From Octopus vulgaris (taxonomy: Eukaryota), in assembly GCA_951406725.2 (NCBI GenBank), contig OX597820.1, positions 47,802,001 to 47,866,000 on the forward strand: 64,000 nucleotides of DNA. The letters are read 5' to 3'. A program made the position numbers and the translations under genes. Of this stretch, positions 55,040-64,000 are shown in pieces (the first letter of the stretch is position 1; every line of letters starts with the position of its first letter). Under the pieces are notes generated by a model. The model had not been told where the DNA came from, ran no database searches, and saw only the letters and a list, made by a program, of their open reading frames with translations.

Positions 55040-56522
55040 CAAAAAGTACAGGACATCACCGGGAATAGAAAATGATGTGAATCGGCACATTGCCGTCCAG
55101 GAGGTGGCACTGCCATAATTGAAGAATATTTATACCATTGGATAGATATCAGCCAAAATTCTCAGATAATCCTTAGCATTAACTTTTCGTGTAGAACAAC
55201 TCAAAGAGAATTCACCACAGAACCACCCCATGCTTTAGGCTGTCTTCGAACAGAAACCCAACCCAAAGAGGGGAAAAGAGTGAATGATTATTCCATTGAA
55301 CCAGTGAGCACTTCTGATCAATCTGACACCATATTTCCGCTTATGAATGTCAGATGGGAGAGGCAGAAGACATTTAACAATTACAGTACTTCCCATGGTA
55401 TCAAGCGTCATGGAATTCCCGATGAACCGTTTTCGTTAGACAATTTAGATAACTTAGATAGGTTTCGGCCATGTCTAACTTAATAGCACCACATGGTGAA
55501 GTCTTTTATATCGTGATTCACACCTCAGTCATATACGACATACCATGGTCCACTCGAGCAAAGAGTTATTATCTTTGGACACATATCCAGGTGTAGGAGG
55601 TTGGTCAGGAAATTTTTGGAGAAATTTGTCCCTAGAACTTTTGAATTTTATGGGACCTGTTTCCGTTTTGATGCATTTTGGTATAATATTAAAGAGAACT
55701 GAACTGGTTGAGGTAAAATAAGGATGTCATAATGTTGTTATGTGTCTTGACTTCGATTTTTGTAGTGGGCGTATAGCATGGGAGGGGGTAAGTCTTGTGT
55801 GGATTTTGAAATTGATGCCAACATCCACAATTTATGCAATATTGATAGAATCTTTTCTACATCACTCAAGTGATGTAGCGCCTACAGCGGCATTGGAGAG
55901 AATAGAAAAGAGATTTTTTAGTTTACCTCAATAGTCAACGCCTGTCATGCCGTCTATCGTTCATGTTAATGACCTCTGGAGTGCTTCCACATTCATTATG
56001 AGTTGCTTCGTGTGGGGCGACCTACAGTGAGCAACAGTATTTAAGGTGGGGTCAGAATTCGCAAGGTGGTGGTTTAGCTTTGCCGTCACCTTTGCTTCCA
56101 TAGTTTGTTGGTTTTTAGACACAATACGTTTCGCTGTGAGATTTCCCTCCAGTCCATAAATACGCTTGCCAGAAGAAGTTTTACATTAAAATACATTGTA
56201 TTTTAAGTATCAAAACGATTTTAAAGATTGTACTTCTCGAAATGTTAAGCAATTCAGCAGTTTTAATCACTGAAGATCCAGGTATCCGCACTTCAACAAT
56301 CTGCTCTCTTTGAAAATCAGATATCAGATAGGTCATGGACTTTTACTTATTTATACACAAATATCTGCAAAGGCAAAAAAAAAAGAAGAAAAAAGGAGGA
56401 AAACAGAGAATTTATATCATGAAGTGCAACGTATAACGTAATGCAAATGAACTCATATTTATAGACTACATTTCTTGAATTTGTCATATTGCTGAAACAA
56501 AACAGTTTTGTCCAACACCTGA
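55040..56522 (-). mobile_element. Tc1 transposon remnant, interrupted by a CR1-group LINE
   Basis: SDFQREQIV...KTAELLNISRST, KRIVSKN...AKVTAKLN, TKTVHREFH, VNAKDYLRIL; TIR CAGGTGTTGGACAAAA at about 56522. Confidence 0.8.
55443..56052 (-). mobile_element. CR1-group LINE 3' fragment
   Basis: KFPDQPPTPGYVSKDNNSLLEW; 3' end ggccatgtctaa.ttaatagcacc shared with 46151-46174. Confidence 0.8.
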
Positions 56523-56563
56523 ATACATACATACATACATACATACATACATACATACATACA

Positions 56564-56595
<32 letters not shown>

Positions 56596-56696
56596 AACAC
56601 TCTCACACTCACATATATGAATATGTATGTGTATATATATATATATATATATGGTTTTGAGCAACTTGTTGCAATTAACCCTTAATTATAATTATC

Positions 56697-56751
<55 letters not shown>

Positions 56752-57248
56752 ATTATATTATATATGAATATAACTTAGAGAAGAACCACCATGAAGCAAT
56801 TCAACAATGATATACTTAAATCATACCATGTAGAAAAAAATTAAAGATACGATAAAACATTTACCTACAACTAAATTAAGTACGAAATAATAAATAAATA
56901 GTGTATAATTAAATAATTATATAATTCTTGCTTTAAGGAAACTATCCCCACTTCAAAAGAGGGTTGAATGAAACAGGGAGGTAATCTTAAGAATTATTTA
57001 GAACTCTCCAAAACTGGATTGTTATTACGGAGGACCAAGAAAAGAGCTGTGGACATAGATCTGTCTCAATATGCGTTACCGTATCTTTAAAATTTTTCTA
57101 TATGGTATGATTGAAGTGTACCATTGTTGAATTGCTACATGGTGATTCTTCTCTAATTTATATACATATATTATATATTGTGAAATTTGATTTAGTATTA
57201 CTAAATTGAATTTTTCCCTGTAAGTTTTGGAATCATATTCCCTAATAT

Positions 57249-57690
<442 letters not shown>

Positions 57691-57715
57691 ATATATATAT
57701 ATACACACTTACACA

Positions 57716-57942
57716 CACGGAGAGTGTTGAAAGGTTCCTGGTTTGTAGTGAAACATAATAGAGAAGGATCTGTTAATTACTTAATTATGATTTTATTCAA
57801 CATATTCCCCACTCAGATTCGGACACTTACTGCAGCAACCCTTCAGTTTTCCTAAGCCCTGTAAAAGAACTCGGAAGGTTGGGTCTCTAACCTTAAATGA
57901 CTCCCCTTAAAGTCAAGGACTTTCCAGTACACCCTCGCGTAT
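57716..57942. mobile_element. Mariner-type MITE
   Basis: Imperfect TIRs gagagtgttgaaaggttcctgg / caaggactttccagtacaccctcg. Confidence 0.6.
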
Positions 57943-58243
57943 ATGACGCATATTGAGACAGATACATGTCTATAGCTCTTTTCTTGGTCCTTCGTAATAG
58001 CAAGCCAGTTTTGGAGAATTCTAAATAATTCTTAAGATTACTTCCCTGTTTCATTCAACCCTCTCTTGAAGTGGAGATAGTTTTCTTAAAGCGAGAATTT
58101 ATCTTTCGTGGTATTTATTATACCCTTGCTCGCCATAGTTCTTCAAATATATGTAACTGGCCACTCCGGGGTATTTCCTTTAACTCCTCTCTATATTATA
58201 AATACATACATACATACATGCATACATACATACTTCCAAACAT

Positions 58244-58280
<37 letters not shown>

Positions 58281-58291
58281 CATAAATATGC

Positions 58292-58347
<56 letters not shown>

Positions 58348-58536
58348 GTATATACACACATATATGTGCGTATGTCTGCATGCATATTATATGTGCGTAT
58401 GTGAGAATATGTGCCTATCTCTTTTTCAATCTGAGCTTTTATTGATTCTTCTTTCCAACCACCCACCTCGCCTCTCTTTCCCTCTGCCTACATCCCCCAC
58501 TACACGCATACACACATGCACACACACACACACTCA

Positions 58537-58606
<70 letters not shown>

Positions 58607-59129
58607 TCTCCCTTTAATTATTTAAGTGCTTCATATCATGTGAATTAAGAATTTCTGAAAGATATTTATTTGATATTAGCGAGATGTTGTATCGTGGTGT
58701 AGAACCTCGTTTATTTTATAGACTTTATAATTGTTATCAAATACCATTCTCGACGCTATACATGTCATTAATTTACTAGATGTTTAAATCGCTTGAGGCA
58801 AATGGCCTTATGTCGACCCAATCCAAAACTGAAGAATTCAGGAGAGGAATGTTAGGAAGCATCTTGCGCTTTCGTTGTACTTTAAGAGTAACTCCCAAGA
58901 TAATTATGAGATCTTATAATTCATTTTGGCAGGATAGCTAAGTAGAACGAGAATTCGTTGCCCCTTTTAAATATACGACATTTTTATATTTTAGATATAG
59001 AACAAAATATATTTGTTTCCTTAAAAAAGTAATACTCAAGCACCTTCCATCAACCACATATATACACATATGTACATAAGTTTATATAAAAGCCACACTT
59101 ACAGAACACGCACTCACTTCCATACAAAT

Positions 59130-59164
<35 letters not shown>

Positions 59165-59296
59165 CATATATATATATATATGCATATTTATACATACATA
59201 CACACATATATACATACACATTTACATACATATACGTATACATAAACACGCAAACACAGTGTCATTCAGAAGACTACAGTAAAAAAGAGAATTTGG

Positions 59297-59460
59297 AAAG
59301 GCGTGGCAGTGTGGTAAGAAGTTACCTTCTCAAGCACACGGTTTCCGGTTCAGTCCCATTGCGTGACACCTGGGGCAAGTATCTCTTTTACTATAACCTC
59401 CGTCTGGCCCGGAACCATCTACACAGATTTGGTAGATGTCGTCTGAATGATGCCCATCGT
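59297..59460 (+). mobile_element. Old SINE family B head
   Basis: ggttcagtcccattgcgtgacacctggggcaagt. Confidence 0.7.
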
Positions 59461-59520
59461 ATATCTACATACATTTACTTATATATATGTGTGTGTATAT
59501 ATGTGTATATATATTTGTGT

Positions 59521-59708
59521 AGCAAAAATATTTTTTCCTCTGTCTTCCCTTCTTGGGATCTTTCCATCTCCTTGTTTCCGACGAAGAGCTCCGCTCGAAA
59601 CGTTAAACCCTCCTTCCCTTCTTTCCTGAGCGTCAATAATACTTTAATTGTTCCACGTCCTCGCGAGGCTGTGTTTTTTTCTCTTTTTTTCTGTGTTTTC
59701 TTGTTTAT

Positions 59709-59712
<4 letters not shown>
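59521..59712 (+). mobile_element. About 190-bp hammerhead-containing mini-element, copy 2
   Basis: Close inverted copy of 4531-4712; followed by (TA)n. Confidence 0.8.
59574..59608 (+). ncRNA. Minimal type I hammerhead motif, CCGACGA core variant
   Basis: GTTT-CCGACGA-A-GAGC tcc GCTC-GAAA-CGTT-AAAC, identical to 4635-4669. Confidence 0.65.
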
Positions 59713-59785
<73 letters not shown>

Positions 59786-59911
59786 ATGTATATATATATA
59801 TATGTATATATATATACATATATATGTATTTATACATATATATATGTATTTATATATATATATATATCTATATATCTATATCTATATATATATATATATA
59901 TATATGTATAT

Positions 59912-60411
59912 AGGTTATAAAATGAGATAGGGGTTGAAAATTCAACCCACCATGGGATAATATATATCCAATATACTGCTAGATAGGTACCCAACAAAAA
60001 TAATACATAGATGTTAAAAATTGTCAAGCAATCAGTTCATCTATTGTATTAAATGGGTAAAGGTAATAATATTACCGTAAATTAATACTACAAAATTAGA
60101 GAATGGAGAAACATACTTAAATCAGTAAAACATCAACTATCCGATGATACTCAATCCATACTTTAATACACCATTACATATGAGTAAAGGCAATATATAA
60201 AATGAAATGAGATATACAGTAATAGTAAAAGTAAAAAGATAAAGAGATATAAGTAAAAAATTTCAAATATAATATGCAAATAAATCAAAACTGACAGCTG
60301 TTTCGGCAGTGAGGACAGTCATACCTCATTTAACCTATAAGCCATAAAGGCAGGTATAAATGAGGCATTAACAAGGATGCCCCACGGCCTCTTCAGAGAA
60401 TTAAATTAAAT

Positions 60412-60415
<4 letters not shown>
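59912..60415 (-). mobile_element. About 500-bp hammerhead-containing element flanked by (TA)n
   Basis: Non-microsatellite AT-rich segment between two TA arrays, containing the motif below. Confidence 0.6.
60291..60398 (-). ncRNA. Type I hammerhead ribozyme motif with long stem II
   Basis: Minus strand CT-CTGAAGA-GGC...GCC-GAAA-CAGCTG-TC-AG; stem II includes ATGCCTCATTTA/TAAATGAGGTAT; palindromic stem III; GUC site. Confidence 0.75.
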
Positions 60416-60490
<75 letters not shown>

Positions 60491-60505
60491 GTATATATAT
60501 TTCTG

Positions 60506-60690
60506 CGTGCTGGCAGAAACGTTAGCGCACTGGGCGAAATGCTTAGCGGTATTTCGCCTGTCGTTACGTTCTGAGTTCAAATTCCGCCGAGGTCGACTTT
60601 GCCTTTCATCCTCTCGGGGTCGATAAATAAACCACCAGTTTCGCACTTGGTCGATGTAATCGACTTAATTCCTTTGCCTGTACTTTGTCA
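60506..60690 (+). mobile_element. SINE family C
   Basis: gctggcagaaacgttagc...ttctgagttcaaattccgccgaggtcgactttgcctttcatcc. Confidence 0.85.
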
Positions 60691-60816
60691 CACCACACAC
60701 ACACACACAAAAGTAAACACAGGGGTGCAAAGCAAAGTGGGAAAAATAGTACTCGGATACCGAAAGCACAATAAAATAATATTTTTTTAAAGCTGAAGGA
60801 AGCTTAACAAACTTAC

Positions 60817-60890
60817 TCAGAGTTTCACGTGGCCGTTTGTCAGACAGTTGTAATGGTACAGAATCTGCATCATCATAACTGCTGCCAGAA
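60817..60890 (-). CDS. Candidate 74-nt internal host exon (SGSSYDDADSVPLQLSDKRPRETL), product unknown
   Basis: Acceptor tttctatacttcaccgttgacAG, consensus donor GTAAGT, open frame, non-repetitive sequence. Confidence 0.55.
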
Positions 60891-61050
60891 CTGTCAACGG
60901 TGAAGTATAGAAATGTAGTATATACGTATGTATACATGCACAGACATACACAGAACTGTCAACGGTGAAGTATAGAAATGTAGTATATACGTATGTATAC
61001 ATACACAGACATATATGCACAGACATACACATGTATGTATATATATACAC

Positions 61051-61135
<85 letters not shown>

Positions 61136-61543
61136 CAGAGAGAGAGACATACATGCATACGCATTTATGTGACTGGATGCAATTTAAACCACGTGAACAC
61201 TTGGAAACACACGAATATATGAGACTTTAGTAATTTTTACGATAATGGCGTCAAAAAAATGTTTATTAGCTACATGTAACTCGTTCTTTGCTGGCTTTCA
61301 AAAGACTGCATTTGAGGGTGAACAGGAAAAAATTACCCTTGTGATCTTTAAATGTAATATACATTTTAGGTGCTCATAAACGTATATTACTCTCGTACAG
61401 TACTCTCATCTATTTTAAGGTATTGTCTAATGTTTGCGCCTCGTTATAAATTTTATGACTGATTCTGGTGTTTGTTTCTCAATGTGCAAGTAGATATGTC
61501 AGATTTGGTAAGACTATTTTGCCTGCCAGAGAGGAAGAAAGAA

Positions 61544-61588
<45 letters not shown>

Positions 61589-62132
61589 AAAGAGAGAGAG
61601 TACTGTTTTTAGAGATTTAAAAAAAGTTTTCTCTTATCTTTTTCTTTAAAAAAAAAACACTTTTGAATATTGTTCATGTGTAAAAGAAAAAAACAATTTT
61701 TTTTATTATCTCGAAAAGCTCGCTCTTAAAATCCATCGATATTGTTTCATACTTATGATTATTTTCACAGCTATATTTTCTACTTACTTATAATGTATCC
61801 TTAATCGTCATATATAATTGTTTTTCGTTGTTAAATTTGGCGCTATAAGCGTTTAAATCTTAAAATCTCAATTTTCATAGGCTTCGTTTTGGTCAAATAT
61901 ATAACACCCATAAAAGCAGAAACGTAAAATGCCTAGTCATAGCAGAACGGAGTGCTGAAATAATAGTAACGAAAAATCACAGTTTTAATTATTGCTATTA
62001 TTATAAACCGAGCTTTATATACTGAGCGCGTTTACCTAGTACACACACACACACACGCACATACACACACGCACACACACACACGCGGGCGCACACACAC
62101 ACACATACACACATACACATACAAACACACGC

Positions 62133-62172
<40 letters not shown>

Positions 62173-62285
62173 TATACATCATACACATACACATACCCCT
62201 ACATAAATGTGTGCGCCTGTGTAATTTATATATGTATATATTAATATTTATATATGAAGTTACTTCAACCGTATCTATATATATG

Positions 62286-62359
<74 letters not shown>

Positions 62360-62468
62360 CATACATACATATACACAAAGAAATATATAGCTACATATAT
62401 ATATATATGTATGTATGTATAAAACATCCATAACTAGAATCATAAAGTACCTTAAAAGTATATATATA

Positions 62469-62499
<31 letters not shown>

Positions 62500-62552
62500 G
62501 TGTGTGTGTGTGTATGTGTGTGCGTATATGTATATATATATATATATGTATG

Positions 62553-62583
<31 letters not shown>

Positions 62584-63158
62584 ACAGAGAGAGGAATAGA
62601 TGCATGAGAGGTATATGTATGTATATATATATATACGAATTTGAATGCATGGATATAAATATATATATAAATATATATCTACGTATGTATGTATGTATAT
62701 ATGTATATACGTATATATATCTACTTCGTGCTCTTCAGTGAATTTTTAATGCAATCTTCTTGAATTGAACTGAAAGTGCGCTCAGCCAATATTTTAACAA
62801 GCAGTATACAATGAAATAATCTTCTCTGTGGAGTTTTAATAACTTTGATAACGACTAACACAATAACATCAGTCAGTTAACATAAACCTCCCTTGACAGT
62901 CATATAATTTCGTAGTTCATTGTCAGTCTTCATACGGTCGAAAAGATCAAAAATGCTATATATTGTGGAAAGGCTATTTAAAGGAAATGTTTACTGCTTT
63001 ATATTTTTATCATAAATAGGGGTTGATAGGTTGATTTAAAGTACACAGTATATATAGTTTCAAAAGTGAATGGGTATACCAGGTCTTCAAAGAATTGCGA
63101 ATCGATAATTATTAACGGGTTAACCACAAAACCGTCATCTAGACGTCTAGGCAGGTAT

Positions 63159-63215
<57 letters not shown>

Positions 63216-63348
63216 TATGTATAATTTATGCATGTGTGCATACGTGCATATGCATACACACTTATGTGTGGATTAATATATTTGAATTTATAAATATAGA
63301 GAATCGCTGACTTACCAATTCCACTCAAACTTTTGCATACGTGCATAA

Positions 63349-63408
<60 letters not shown>

Positions 63409-63508
63409 GCACAGATACACACAATTGCATATTCATGTGTGTACTCATATGTAGGCGCATATATACGTATCTATACACATACATATGTGAATGTGTGTGT
63501 GTACATAT

Positions 63509-63549
<41 letters not shown>

Positions 63550-63870
63550 TGTGTATGTGTGTGCGTATATGCATACAGGCACACATATATAATTTATAGG
63601 AGGATCTGAAATTCCAGAGCATCCATTGAACACGGAAGTCGAAATCTTTGTGTATGTATATTCATATGTACAGAGACACATTAACCACCCATATACACGC
63701 ATATAGTTACGTGTGCGCGTACGAAGATGAGTACACACCCACACCCACACACACATATATATATATCTACATAAATTAGGATGCTCTCTGCACATTTCGA
63801 TCGAATCCCCTGCGAGTCAATACGGGATCTTCTAACGACAAAGCAAATATCATCTAATCAAAATAACCTT

Positions 63871-63954
63871 GGCCTGAAGAGCAGCTTGCGGTCTACTCCT
63901 CGTCTGGATAATTACTACTTCCGAGGTTCCGCTTGCTATGAAACATATGTAGCC
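63871..63954 (+). ncRNA. Type I hammerhead ribozyme motif, canonical core
   Basis: GGC-CTGAAGA-[AGC/GCT, GCGG/CCGC, CCTCG/CGAGG stem II]-GAAA-CATATG-TA-GCC; palindromic stem III; GUA site at 63951. Confidence 0.75.
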
Positions 63955-64000
63955 TGGATTTTATCTACTCCATTGCCCAATTTTTGGATATTTATTCACA

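Overview
AT-rich eukaryotic DNA packed with microsatellites. The SINE families and repeat style look like an octopus (coleoid cephalopod) genome; this is recognition from memory, not a database result. Almost all ORFs in the track are microsatellite translations. The window is a mosaic of four tRNA-head SINE families, decayed LINEs (RTE, CR1-group, R4/Dong-like, HERO-like, a Penelope-like element and one young L1-Tx1 3' part), Tc1/mariner/maT/Tigger DNA transposon remnants and Helentron-like units, often nested. One credible host exon lies on the minus strand (60817-60890) and has a duplicated splice acceptor. The most striking unexplained signal is a set of type I hammerhead ribozyme motifs: five well-formed (4635-4669, 22088-22139, 59574-59608, 60291-60398, 63871-63954), one degenerate (29314-29376) and one half. 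They sit in short non-coding elements, most abutting (TA)n arrays, and three have a CCGANGA rather than CUGANGA core. This suggests retrozyme-like or Penelope-derived mini-elements associated with TA microsatellites. Boundaries of old repeats are approximate and read by eye.
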